DNA of 64,000 nucleotides, taken from contig JAHBAU020000007.1 in the NCBI GenBank assembly GCA_018499905.2, positions 11,408-75,407 of the forward strand, read 5' to 3'. The notes under the pieces were generated by a model. That model did not search any database. It was not told the origin of the DNA and saw only the letters and a list, made by a program, of their open reading frames with translations. Numbering within the stretch: the first letter of the stretch is position 1; each line of letters begins with the position of its first letter. The position numbers were made by a program, and so were the translations under genes. Shown in pieces: positions 40,873-50,369 of the stretch. The DNA comes from Candidatus Saccharimonadota bacterium. Its GTDB lineage: Bacteria; Patescibacteriota; Saccharimonadia; Saccharimonadales; AQU-01.

Positions 40873-41520
40873 CTACAGGTGTGATTTGAGCTTTTCGATA
40901 TCGAGTAGCAGAACTTTTGACTGGTTGTTTCTAATCAAGCCTTTGCGCTCTAAGTAGGCCATTTCACGGCTGGCGGTCTCACGAGAGGAATTGATGGAAC
41001 TGGCAATATCCTGATGCCGCAGAGGAGCAGTAATCTGGATACCTTCGGGTGTTTCTTCTCCAAAATGTTTCGCCATGGTAATCAAAAATGAGATAACGCG
41101 TTCGCGGACAGAGCGATATTCAAGGTTAAGTAGCCGTTCAGAATGAATGCGGTAGTTCTCGACAACCATGTCCAGAATTGGTGCAAGATTGTTGTCTGGG
41201 GAGTAGAGATAATCTTGATAGACTTTTCGGCTAATGCGCCAAACAGTTGTTGGCTCCAAAGCTTCGTAGTTAATGTCGCGTTCTTCGCCAGTGATGGCCC
41301 AAATCAGGGGGAAGATGTCGTGGCTTCGGCGGATAATAAGCAGATTCTCTTCGCCGTATTTACTGATGTCATAGGCCTTGACCAGGCCTTCGTCAATATA
41401 AAAAACACCCGATGGTTGTTCCCCCGGGCGTATGATTTGCTCTCCCTTTTTGTAGGTCAGCTTAGTGCCAGATTTAAACAGCTTGATCAAAGATTCGACC
41501 TGCTGCTTGGTTGCTAACAT
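40873..41520 (-). CDS. Crp/Fnr-family transcriptional regulator
   Basis: cNMP-binding domain and HTH HQDIASSINSSRETASRE. Confidence 0.95.
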   Translation of the reverse strand: MLATKQQVESLIKLFKSGTKLTYKKGEQIIRPGEQPSGVFYIDEGLVKAYDISKYGEENLLIIRRSHDIFPLIWAITGEERDINYEALEPTTVWRISRKVYQDYLYSPDNNLAPILDMVVENYRIHSERLLNLEYRSVRERVISFLITMAKHFGEETPEGIQITAPLRHQDIASSINSSRETASREMAYLERKGLIRNNQSKVLLLDIEKLKSHL

Positions 41521-41561
41521 GTGCGACTATTTTACACCATTTCTTATCTGTTGGCAACCTA

Positions 41562-41582
41562 TGTCACATGAGAAATGTGACA
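41562..41582. promoter_or_regulatory. inverted repeat, candidate operator in the divergent crp / PH-protein gap
   Basis: TGTCACAT-N5-ATGTGACA; overlaps TGTGA-N6-TCTTA (41576-41591). Confidence 0.45.
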
Positions 41583-41669
41583 AAAATCTTAAAAATGCGG
41601 TGATGCATGGTACGGTACTGTGTCGATCTTGCTGTCATCATAGGGGTACAAGGTGAGAGGGAGAACATT

Positions 41670-42236
41670 ATGATATCACTACAAGAGGTTGAGGCACGCT
41701 TGGCCAATGCCGGGCTCAAAAACCGTTACTGGGGCCGCGCTGAAGTGCGTGAACTCACCAACATTATTCTTCCTGACGAGGCAGTGTTTCATGCGGTTAA
41801 TGGTCGCTATGAAGGCGGGAACGCCTTGCTAGTGGCTACCGATCGCCGATTATTATTGATTGATAAGAAGCCCATGTTTCTGAACCTGCAAGATGTCCGT
41901 TACGACAGCATTGCCGAAGTTGATTATTTTGCCCGCCTATTAGACGCTACGGTTGCCATCAGAACCGTCAACAAAATGCTCAAATTTAGAACCATGCGTC
42001 AAAATGCTCTGCGCCGTTTGACTACAGCGGTACAAGAAGCGGTTATGGATCTTCGTCAAATTATGAACACCCCCCAGCCGATGACAGCCTACGCTGAAGA
42101 CCCGACAACCGGCCAGTTATCGCCAGTTAATACCCTCAATTTTGTCCTACCTGGGCACGTGTCGCCTATGGGCATGTCATCCCAGCAGGCCGTTACTTTC
42201 CGAAAACGAGTGTCTAAGTTTCACCCAATTGTTTAA
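41670..42236 (+). CDS. bacterial PH-domain protein
   Basis: ALLVATDRRLLLIDKK...VRYDSIAEV; ATG 41670 with GGGAG SD. Confidence 0.8.
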   Translation: MISLQEVEARLANAGLKNRYWGRAEVRELTNIILPDEAVFHAVNGRYEGGNALLVATDRRLLLIDKKPMFLNLQDVRYDSIAEVDYFARLLDATVAIRTVNKMLKFRTMRQNALRRLTTAVQEAVMDLRQIMNTPQPMTAYAEDPTTGQLSPVNTLNFVLPGHVSPMGMSSQQAVTFRKRVSKFHPIV

Positions 42237-43321
42237 TTATTAAACCGAAACTCTACTACATCATTCGGTGACATAATGTAGGTTTTTCCTTCGGTGCGAA
42301 CTTTACCCGCAGCTTTGGCTGCTTGCTCTGAACCGGCGGCGATAAGGTCGTTGTAATCAATCACCTGTGCGGCAATAAAACCCTTTTCAAAATCACCATG
42401 AATAACACCGGCGGCCTGTGGGGCAGTGGCGCCAACTGGAATAGTCCAGGCGCGCACTTCTTTTTCTCCGGCGGTTAAGTAGCTCTGTAGTCCCAAAATC
42501 TCATACGCCGCATGAATCAGCTGCACCAAGCCTGACTCTTTCACGCCGTAACTTTCAAGTAACTCAACTCGGTCACCCTCGTCCAACCCACGAAGTTCAT
42601 CTTCCAGCTTGGCATTGACGAATAAGGCTCTAGCAGGGGACACCATCGTCTGTAGTTCGGCTTGTTTGGCGCTGTCTCCGAGCATCGCCTCATCAACATT
42701 AAACAAATAAATCACCGGCTTAAGGGTAAGTAGCTGCAATTCTTTGCGCAACCACTCGGCCAGCTCGCCCATCATAAACTGCTCGTAGGCCCACAGCGGT
42801 TTGCCGGAATCTAGGGCTTGCTTGGCGCTGGCCAAGAATTCTGCCTGTGGTTTCAGTTTTGGATTGGCACGAGCTTCTTTTTCAATGCGCGGCAAGACTC
42901 GCTCCACCGTTTGCAGGTCCGCCAGCACCAGCTCGGTGTTAATGACGTCAATGTCATGACGTGGGTCTCTAGAAGAATCGCTTCGCAAGACGTCGGCATC
43001 TTCAAATACCCGTACAACCTGAACAATGGCGTTGCAGGTCCGAATGTGGCTCAAAAACTGATTCCCAAGGCCCTCGCCCTTGCTCGCCCCGGCGACAAGA
43101 CCGGCAATATCCACAAAACTGACGGTTGCGGGTTTGATGGGGGCACTACCATATAACTGGCTTAAGCTTTGCAGGCGCTCATCTGGCACCGGCACAATAC
43201 CGGTGTTCGGTTCAATGGTGGCAAACGGATAATTCGCCGCCAAAATGTTGTTGTCTGTCAGGGCATTAAACAGTGTCGACTTCCCAACATTCGGCAGCCC
43301 AACAATCCCAATACTTAGCAT
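42233..43321 (-). CDS. ychF: redox-regulated ATPase YchF; first codons supplied by the integrated element
   Basis: GIVGLPNVGKST, ANYPFATIEPN, DIAGLV, GEGLGNQFL, TGS domain. Confidence 0.99.
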   Translation of the reverse strand: MLSIGIVGLPNVGKSTLFNALTDNNILAANYPFATIEPNTGIVPVPDERLQSLSQLYGSAPIKPATVSFVDIAGLVAGASKGEGLGNQFLSHIRTCNAIVQVVRVFEDADVLRSDSSRDPRHDIDVINTELVLADLQTVERVLPRIEKEARANPKLKPQAEFLASAKQALDSGKPLWAYEQFMMGELAEWLRKELQLLTLKPVIYLFNVDEAMLGDSAKQAELQTMVSPARALFVNAKLEDELRGLDEGDRVELLESYGVKESGLVQLIHAAYEILGLQSYLTAGEKEVRAWTIPVGATAPQAAGVIHGDFEKGFIAAQVIDYNDLIAAGSEQAAKAAGKVRTEGKTYIMSPNDVVEFRFNN

Positions 43322-44969
43322 CTAACCCAACCTGTTCTTGTTTATTTGCTTGTGTTGTGTCTCTTGTATCGCTATGCTCAACATCTAACCCTACCTTGTT
43401 TACAGTTAATGAAGTAGCATATGCTGGTATTTTTCCGCATATTCTTACGTTCTCCTTCGTTGCTATTATTTTATCAACTATTTTCCTCACAGTAAAAAGC
43501 TTGTCCTCGTAGCCCAGATTATTTAGGTACTTCTTGAATGGCTCTACGGAGGTTTCTAGATCAATCTCTCTTAATTGTGCTAACTTATTGGCTTCAGGCT
43601 TATTCATCAAGTCTGTAAGCTCTTTACGGCGTCTGGCGACACTGTTCATCTGGTCTGTATACACAGCTTCTGACATTGTGCCCAGACCCCAAGCTTTAAC
43701 GTAACGGCGTTCTTCTTGTTCAAGTGCTTTGAGTTGCATTCTCAGCTCATCTTTTTTAGGGCTTTGACCTGCTTGTAACTTCTTTTCTTCAGCGTAACGA
43801 TCGAGTTGCTGTTGTAACAGGGTAGGGTCTGTCATCAATTCACAGAGTTTAGCCCAGCCAATAGCATCTAGTACCTGCACATTCACACCAGCCTCAAAGC
43901 AAGTACGAGGCTTAGGGAATTTCAGCAAGCGATCTGTGCAGCGGTAGTAGAAGTGACCGTTCTGACCCTCGCCAGTTCTTGTAGCTCCACAAGGACAAGA
44001 TATTAAACCACCAAAAAGATAGGGATTTTTCTTGAAGCGTTGACTGAGCTTACCGTTGCTTTTAATTTGTGCATTGGCTTTCTGGAATAGCTCATCAGTA
44101 ATGATGCGAGGCACTTCTACTTCAATCCACTCATCACGTGGTCTGGTTTTACGACTGCCTTTTAATGAGTGACGATTCTGATATTTCTTCTGAGTTTTAG
44201 CAGTTGGATTTTTTGTTATCACACTTTCTGACTTGTAGTAGTAGTGTTTGCCAGTGTAAGTTTCATTTTTCAGCATGCGATGCAGAGGACCGTTAGTCCA
44301 AGTATCACGCTTCTGTTTCTTAGGTTGTATACCTAGATCGTATAAGCGACGAATGACCTCTTTAATTGATACACACTCAACACCAATCCACTCAAAAATC
44401 ATTCTTACTACTTTGGCTTCTTCTTCGTTAATCACGAATTGACCGTTGATTTTATCTAAGCCTTTGCCCTTGATCGGAATATAATCATAGCCATAAGGAG
44501 ATTGATAACCCAGCAACTTACCCGAACGTACCTTATTGAGTTTACCAATACGAAAACGTTCTGAAATTTTCATACGTTCGTATTCATGGAATATGCCCAT
44601 TACACCACCCATGAGCTTTTCTTCTGCTGAAATACCGTTAATGTCGTGCAGGCTCTTAAATGTAATTTCTAAATTGGTTAATTCTTCAATGACGATCTCT
44701 TGGTATACATACTTACGGGCTAAACGCCCCTTATCGTAGACATACAAAATATCAAACTTCTTCTCACGTGCATCAGCCCTCATATTATCTAGTGCAGGGC
44801 GTTCAAGTATTGCACCTGACCAACCTTCATCAACATACTCACAGCTTTCGAGAAGGGTATTACCGTCATCAATTATGGCTTTTCGTATTTCAGTTAATTG
44901 GTTTTGTACAGTTTCTTCATCTTTCTGAAGTTCAGTACTTACTCTTGCGTACAGTGCAGCACGTAACAT
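43266..44969 (-). CDS. large serine recombinase (integrase)
   Basis: YARVST catalytic motif, D.GWSG...RPAL, RLAR, recombinase domain, CPCG...YYRC Zn ribbon, coiled coil. Confidence 0.97.
   Translation of the reverse strand: MLRAALYARVSTELQKDEETVQNQLTEIRKAIIDDGNTLLESCEYVDEGWSGAILERPALDNMRADAREKKFDILYVYDKGRLARKYVYQEIVIEELTNLEITFKSLHDINGISAEEKLMGGVMGIFHEYERMKISERFRIGKLNKVRSGKLLGYQSPYGYDYIPIKGKGLDKINGQFVINEEEAKVVRMIFEWIGVECVSIKEVIRRLYDLGIQPKKQKRDTWTNGPLHRMLKNETYTGKHYYYKSESVITKNPTAKTQKKYQNRHSLKGSRKTRPRDEWIEVEVPRIITDELFQKANAQIKSNGKLSQRFKKNPYLFGGLISCPCGATRTGEGQNGHFYYRCTDRLLKFPKPRTCFEAGVNVQVLDAIGWAKLCELMTDPTLLQQQLDRYAEEKKLQAGQSPKKDELRMQLKALEQEERRYVKAWGLGTMSEAVYTDQMNSVARRRKELTDLMNKPEANKLAQLREIDLETSVEPFKKYLNNLGYEDKLFTVRKIVDKIIATKENVRICGKIPAYATSLTVNKVGLDVEHSDTRDTTQANKQEQVGLDAKYWDCWAAECWEVDTV
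43285..43332 (-). other. attachment junction P-core-B' (element arm joined to ychF body)
   Basis: GGTTGGGTTAGATGCTAAGTATT-GG-GATTGTTGGGCTGCCG on the minus strand. Confidence 0.85.
43348..43395 (-). repeat. second intact attP-like site with GC centre
   Basis: GGTAGGGTTAGATGTTGAGCATA-GC-GATACAAGAGACACAACACAAGC; 18/23 and 14/23 matches to the two arms of the reconstructed attP. Confidence 0.75.
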
Positions 44970-45181
44970 TATTTTGTTCCCTTCGTTTTTGTTGTGCGTT
45001 TTGCGATGAATGAATCTAAAGCCTGTTGACTAATACGATAACCCTTACCGAGTTTTACAGCTTCTAGCTCTCCTTTTTTGATGTAGGTTAGGACACTCTG
45101 CCAGTGAAGTTGGAGCAAATCTGCTACGTCCTGTACGGTGTAATATTTTTTGTCTACCATAATACTCTCCATTATAAACAT
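44969..45181 (-). CDS. excisionase-like HTH protein
   Basis: YYTVQDVADLL...IKKGELEAVKLGKGYRI; TAATG coupling to the integrase. Confidence 0.9.
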   Translation of the reverse strand: MFIMESIMVDKKYYTVQDVADLLQLHWQSVLTYIKKGELEAVKLGKGYRISQQALDSFIAKRTTKTKGTK

Positions 45182-45201
45182 TTATAAATAAATATCAATG
45201 A

Positions 45202-45336
45202 CTACTCCTTAGAATCATTTTCTAATTGTTTGAAGTAACGATCAAATAAATAGTTGAACGCTTCTGCAACAGCACTCGTATCACCGTCATCGACGAACTC
45301 GTATTCTATAACTGGTGATACGGGTTTACGTGCCAT
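45202..45336 (-). CDS. 44-aa small protein absent from the ORF track
   Basis: MARKPVSPVIEYEFVDDGDTSAVAEAFNYLFDRYFKQLENDSKE; starts 3 nt after the primase stop, same strand. Confidence 0.6.
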   Translation of the reverse strand: MARKPVSPVIEYEFVDDGDTSAVAEAFNYLFDRYFKQLENDSKE

Positions 45337-45339
45337 TGT

Positions 45340-47529
45340 TTAAGCCTTTGGTTGCTCCAAATTAGTAACCCCACCATGCTCACCACTATATTGTTCTGGC
45401 TCAATTAGTTGAGGGAAGATAAGTTTGTTGCGTTTATCGTAGGGGTCTTTTTCTTGGGTTATCAAGCCAGCTGCTTCGAGCATCGGTAAGATTTGACGAC
45501 GAAGAATATCGTCATTAGGCAAGCGATTTTCAAGTTCATAGTGACGATGAATGATCTCTTTGCGACTGACACCAGCATCGTCTCCAATTTGTTTAGAGTT
45601 CGGCTCACGATCTGCATTCTTTGCTACATAGATAGGCACAATGTATTTCTTGTAGAACTCGTAAGTATAGGGCGGTATGTTAAGCTCTTGGCTCTTGTTT
45701 ATCTTTTGCCAAACCTCAAATCCTTGATCAATGTCAGATTGAGTTGCAACTACATTTCCATTATCAGCACGGCGATACCAGACATTAAGCAGGGTTATGC
45801 ACTTGATAATTGATAGAAGGTGGCTCACATCACGCTGGTGACGTGGCTTAGTTGATTGAACATGGCTTAAGAAGCGACGCTCAATGATATTGGGGTCGGG
45901 TACTACAATGTCGTCTACGTGCTCTTGTTTAATCGCCAGTACACGGTCTTTAAGTTGCTGACGTTCTGGGCTTGCCTCAATTTTCGCCAAGAACTCAGCT
46001 TTGTTGGCATTACGGAGCGTAGCCATATGCACACCCTCTTGTACTTTTTCAATAGTTGTTTCGGGGCTCAACAATATCGCACGAGTCGCTTCTTGCTCAT
46101 CGAGACGCATACCTGCTGAACAAAAAATTGTTGCAGGAAATCCACGAATAATAATGTTTTTCGCACGGTTAGAACCTTTTTGGTTCTTATCTGTTATCTT
46201 GTAAGAAATCTCTTTCTTGTCATGAGACATTACAGGACGTAAGTTCTCCTGCAATTTGGGATTTGGCTGCTCAAGAAACACTAGAATCTTACGCTCAAGA
46301 TCAACAATGTAGCAGTTACGATCCTTATCAAAGCTGGCGTTATCATGGAAAAACGCCGTTGGTGATGCACCACCAAATTGACGTACATCTGCATCTGGGA
46401 AGTATTGAGCTACTTGGGTTGGAATGTAGGTCTTACCAGTCGATGACGGTGCATTGAAGCTTACATTTAGCTGACTGTCTTCTGTGTAGGCTGATAGCAT
46501 GCACAAGAAGCTGACTAGCTTATTCTCGTTGTCATGCTTGATTGTTAGATCGAGCACTGATGCTAGTTCTGAAGTTGTAATTTCTTTGAAGGTACTGACA
46601 TCTATCGGTTTTGGACCAGAGCGTAATTCTGCATACTTATCAAATAGATCGCTTGGATCAGCGTTTGGTAATTTGAAGTAATCTGTAATATCGCCATGTG
46701 CACCAACTTCGTGGGGGAGGGAAATTTGCAGTACTGAAGTTGAGGGTAGTGCTTGCGATAGTTTTTCGATAAGCTCGTTAGCACCTTGTTCGCCAGCCTC
46801 ATCGTTATCGAAGCATATGTATAAATGACGCACAGACGTGAGCTGATCAATCCATTCTTGTTTGAAGGTACGAGCACCAGCAGTAGAAGATATGGCTGGT
46901 ATACCAAATGCACGCAATACTAAGCAATCAAATTCACCTTCACAAATTACTAGTTGGTCAGGTTTTTCTTTTAAGATTTCAGCATTGAATATTGCACCTT
47001 CACCACCAGTAGACATATATTTTGCACTTCCAGAAGCTACGAAAGGGTCTTGACGTAATTTCATGAATTGCACAGTGCCAGAAGCATCACGAACGGGGAT
47101 CGTTACCCAGCTCTTACCGTAGAATTCGCCGTAGCCTAGTTCATAATCATCAATATCTTCCTCTAGCAATAAGCGATCATTTTTCAGCCACTCACGAATG
47201 TTTAGTGGCAGCTGATTGTGGTATTTTGTAGCTAATTTCGTAGGGCTAGAGGGTTGGTCAAAAGTTTGACGGGTGAGAGTTTCAGGAGTGATTCCGAATG
47301 CTTTATTTAAGCCATTCATACCGCCATTTTCTCCGCACTTGTGACAATAATATTGACCCGTATTGGCATTTATATATAAATGGGCTTCATTCCCACGGCT
47401 ATCAGCATCGCAGTCGTTGAAAATACAGTGGGTGATTAGTTCATTGCCACGTTCACGAAAATCTATATTGCTGTCTTTGAGCATGTCTTTAATGTTTTGA
47501 GTAGGGTAGGAATTCATAGCGAACTCCAC
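45340..47529 (-). CDS. primase-helicase (Zn finger + TOPRIM + P-loop domain)
   Basis: C...H...CHKC Zn finger, ICEGEFD and FDND TOPRIM motifs, APSSTGKT Walker A. Confidence 0.88.
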   Translation of the reverse strand: MEFAMNSYPTQNIKDMLKDSNIDFRERGNELITHCIFNDCDADSRGNEAHLYINANTGQYYCHKCGENGGMNGLNKAFGITPETLTRQTFDQPSSPTKLATKYHNQLPLNIREWLKNDRLLLEEDIDDYELGYGEFYGKSWVTIPVRDASGTVQFMKLRQDPFVASGSAKYMSTGGEGAIFNAEILKEKPDQLVICEGEFDCLVLRAFGIPAISSTAGARTFKQEWIDQLTSVRHLYICFDNDEAGEQGANELIEKLSQALPSTSVLQISLPHEVGAHGDITDYFKLPNADPSDLFDKYAELRSGPKPIDVSTFKEITTSELASVLDLTIKHDNENKLVSFLCMLSAYTEDSQLNVSFNAPSSTGKTYIPTQVAQYFPDADVRQFGGASPTAFFHDNASFDKDRNCYIVDLERKILVFLEQPNPKLQENLRPVMSHDKKEISYKITDKNQKGSNRAKNIIIRGFPATIFCSAGMRLDEQEATRAILLSPETTIEKVQEGVHMATLRNANKAEFLAKIEASPERQQLKDRVLAIKQEHVDDIVVPDPNIIERRFLSHVQSTKPRHQRDVSHLLSIIKCITLLNVWYRRADNGNVVATQSDIDQGFEVWQKINKSQELNIPPYTYEFYKKYIVPIYVAKNADREPNSKQIGDDAGVSRKEIIHRHYELENRLPNDDILRRQILPMLEAAGLITQEKDPYDKRNKLIFPQLIEPEQYSGEHGGVTNLEQPKA

Positions 47530-47804
47530 AGAATCATCTGATAGTTTAAGTTCATGATTTCGGCAATGAATTTATCTTCATCTATCTGTAGTAGGCGTTT
47601 ACTCCAATCATTAGCAGCTTGCTCGATGCTGCTGGTTATCTTGAAATGATAAATAAAGCTTGAGTTGAGGCTACGACTACGTTTTTTGGTGGGGTGCATA
47701 CTTATCATTTCGTAACCTTTGCTTAGAAGTGCAGCAGCCAATGCTAAATCCTCAGTATCAAAGGAACTGATGCCTTCATCGATTTTTCTTATTACTTTCT
47801 TCAT
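47514..47804 (-). CDS. DUF5659-like small protein
   Basis: FDTEDLALAAALLSKGY pattern; located before the primase. Confidence 0.6.
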   Translation of the reverse strand: MKKVIRKIDEGISSFDTEDLALAAALLSKGYEMISMHPTKKRSRSLNSSFIYHFKITSSIEQAANDWSKRLLQIDEDKFIAEIMNLNYQMILWSSL

Positions 47805-47993
47805 TTCTTGTGTCCTTTCTTAAGACGCACTGAACAGACCGATAGAGCACAATGCCTTACCGAATCGTTCTTAATAATTGATTTCTGACCACCAAGTTTT
47901 CTAACTTAAATGTGTCTATTTTAATTTTACGCAGCCAGAAGAAAACCCGCTTGGTACGCTGAATTAGTCTGAAAAACAGACTCTTATTCTGAG

Positions 47994-48782
47994 TTATTCT
48001 GAGATTTTGGTGCTTGTTTCGGCTATTATCGCAATTTGTTGATCTGTAAGATTGGTTGTTTTTCTCACCCGAATACTTTTTGGTGAAGTAGTCATGAAAG
48101 GACTGAGTGCGTTATTTTTACCAAAAATCGATTTATATGTATCGTTATTGAAATTACTCAATCCAAATACACTGATGCCTGCTTTTTTCATTTCTACTTT
48201 GAGATCGTCAAGGTTGACATCTTGATTGGGGTGTTTAGCCAAACAAAATGAAATAACGTTGTACGCCAGACCTTCTCGCATAGGAGTTAAGTAATACTTA
48301 GTATCGCCAATAGTAATCACGGGTACTACAATGCTTTCAAATGATAACTTTGCGTACATTTTATCTAGCTCAGCCTTAAATGTAGCGACGTTTTTATCTG
48401 ATTCATCAATTATTGTTTTCATTTCTGGGGTGAGATCGGGTATTTTTTTACCAGCTTTAATACACAGTCTGCTGACGCTTGAGTTATGTGCTTCACCATA
48501 GTCTCCTCCGCTGTGGGTGAATTCTATAGCTGGTACAAATTCGTGGGCTTGCTCTAAATTATCTAGTACACGCCAGCAGATACCTCCTCCAAGTTTTTTT
48601 AGTTCTGGCTGACGATCATATATTTGTTTTAGCTCATCTACCATTAAGATGTAGCTACGGTTGACGGCTGAAAGGTCAGGGGTGCTTCTATTATCAACAA
48701 CCATAGTGAAGATATTGATCACACGATCATTCAGAATTTTCGCTAGTGCGTAATCGTTGGCAGTATCGGTATTTTTGCTCAT
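47994..48782 (-). CDS. hypothetical protein
   Basis: 262-aa ORF; TATAAT shortly upstream. Confidence 0.7.
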   Translation of the reverse strand: MSKNTDTANDYALAKILNDRVINIFTMVVDNRSTPDLSAVNRSYILMVDELKQIYDRQPELKKLGGGICWRVLDNLEQAHEFVPAIEFTHSGGDYGEAHNSSVSRLCIKAGKKIPDLTPEMKTIIDESDKNVATFKAELDKMYAKLSFESIVVPVITIGDTKYYLTPMREGLAYNVISFCLAKHPNQDVNLDDLKVEMKKAGISVFGLSNFNNDTYKSIFGKNNALSPFMTTSPKSIRVRKTTNLTDQQIAIIAETSTKISE

Positions 48783-48877
48783 TTGCTAACTATTATAAGT
48801 GATTTGCAACATCTAGCAGAATAGCCAATCTGTCATAATTAAAAGAGAAGGCTGAAACAAAAAATGAGGTTAAGTTA

Positions 48878-49108
48878 ATGATAAAAAATAGAATTAGTAA
48901 TAGGCATAAGGTTACCTACCTGACTTTAATTAACATTGCTGATGATATACAGCGTAATGCTACAGTGACCGAGACATGTCGAAAGAATAATATTTCAAGA
49001 GACACATTCTACCGATACTTGAAAAATGAACCTGAATTTACTGAGCTTATAATTAAAGCGTATAAGTACCAGAGCGAAGTACCTACACCATTTTTTACAA
49101 CCCGTTGA
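48878..49108 (+). CDS. small HTH protein (resembles terminase-small-subunit N-terminal HTH)
   Basis: TVTETCRKNNISRDTFYRYLKNEPEF. Confidence 0.65.
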   Translation: MIKNRISNRHKVTYLTLINIADDIQRNATVTETCRKNNISRDTFYRYLKNEPEFTELIIKAYKYQSEVPTPFFTTR

Positions 49109-49193
49109 TCTGACAGTTATGCGAAAACTCCCTTACTTTTGTGGGGTTATCTTCAATTTTGTGTAAGATCACTACTCCTGTTAGTATGAAAAT

Positions 49194-49274
49194 ATGACAC
49201 GAGAAAAAAGAAGAAAACCGCAGCTTGAGACTGATGAAATAATTACGGTAATCTTACCCGTTATCAACAGCTAA
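49194..49274 (+). CDS. 26-aa micro-ORF overlapping repeat copy 1
   Basis: MTREKRRKPQLETDEIITVILPVINS; TAGTAT 6 nt upstream; largely synonymous differences in repeat copy 2. Confidence 0.4.
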   Translation: MTREKRRKPQLETDEIITVILPVINS

Positions 49275-49401
49275 ATCTGGAAAAAAATTTGTAAGCAGTT
49301 GCACTACATTTTTACTGATGTAAAAAGTGAACGACATAACCTCAAATAATATACCCTCTAGGATCTACATAGAGGTCATAAGAGGTGTTTTTGGACAAAA
49401 G
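49233..49401 (+). repeat. ~170-bp diverged direct repeat, copy 1
   Basis: shares AAAAAGTGAACGACATAACCT and AGAGGTCATAAGAGG exactly with 55971-56140. Confidence 0.9.
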
Positions 49402-49505
49402 TTGAGTGTAGGTGTGTTCTCACAAAAGCAGACATAATTTCAAAACCTTTCCTAATATACTTTCTGCTCTGTAAAGACTTAGGCTAACAAGCTATAATTA
49501 TCTAT

Positions 49506-50369
49506 ATGCAAGAAAAACATGATGAAGTCATTGAGGGTGTTGAAAATAATGAACAGAAACCTACCAAAAAGCACAAACTAGGTAAGCGTTCGAAGATAGT
49601 AGTAGCTCTGTTAGTCGTCGCTGTGCTTTTACCTCTATCTTATGCTGGCTATGTATATGCTGCTTCACCTGACGTTATTCGTAAACCCAAGCTAGAACAC
49701 TATCATTTTAGAATGCAGGTATTGGTTGACGGTAAAGCGGAAGACTTTAGTACTCAGGGCTACCAGACAGGCTACGCCAAAGACCAATGTAACGCTAACC
49801 TGCCAGAACAGCCTATTCACTTCCACGACAATAAAGACCAGTTTACCCATATTCACTGGGAAGGCATGACAGGCGGTATGGTTATGAAGTATTACGGTTG
49901 GGACTTTATAGGTGGTATGAAAAATGCACTGGGCTATAAGCTAGATAATCCGAAAGACCCGCAGAAAGTAACCACGCACGGTAACTACCTGCCAGCCATT
50001 CCGAACGATGCAAGGTTCTATATTTATACTGGTGATGAAAATGGCTATCAAGAAAAGAACTTTGAGGATTGGAAAAACCAAGACCTTGAGCAGTTCTTTA
50101 ATAAGACCAGCAACTTCCCAGCTCACGAACAAAACAAACAATCTAGCTTATTAGATAAAGTCTTCCCTAAAGCTAATGCTCATGGCGGCGAAGATGACGG
50201 CAATGATGGTGAGCCTGGCGAAGAAACCGAACAAGAAAAGCTAACTCGTATCAATAATATGGTAGGAAATGTCGTTATTTTTGTGCAAAAAGACAAGCCT
50301 ACCGACCAGCAAATTAAAGAGCGTTTTAATGACCTTGAACCACTTACGGACAGTACATGCGGCGGTTAA
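49506..50369 (+). CDS. membrane-anchored His-motif protein (putative metal binding)
   Basis: TM segment; HYHFR, IHFHD, THIHW; ends CGG. Confidence 0.7.
   Translation: MQEKHDEVIEGVENNEQKPTKKHKLGKRSKIVVALLVVAVLLPLSYAGYVYAASPDVIRKPKLEHYHFRMQVLVDGKAEDFSTQGYQTGYAKDQCNANLPEQPIHFHDNKDQFTHIHWEGMTGGMVMKYYGWDFIGGMKNALGYKLDNPKDPQKVTTHGNYLPAIPNDARFYIYTGDENGYQEKNFEDWKNQDLEQFFNKTSNFPAHEQNKQSSLLDKVFPKANAHGGEDDGNDGEPGEETEQEKLTRINNMVGNVVIFVQKDKPTDQQIKERFNDLEPLTDSTCGG

Noticed and set aside
43396..43460. A third att unit another 63 bp upstream
   Set aside because: No similarity to the arms was seen; only two units are supported.
45277..45322. 9-bp inverted repeat CGTATCACC/GGTGATACG as an origin
   Set aside because: It lies inside the 44-aa ORF with a 28-nt spacer and has no further support.
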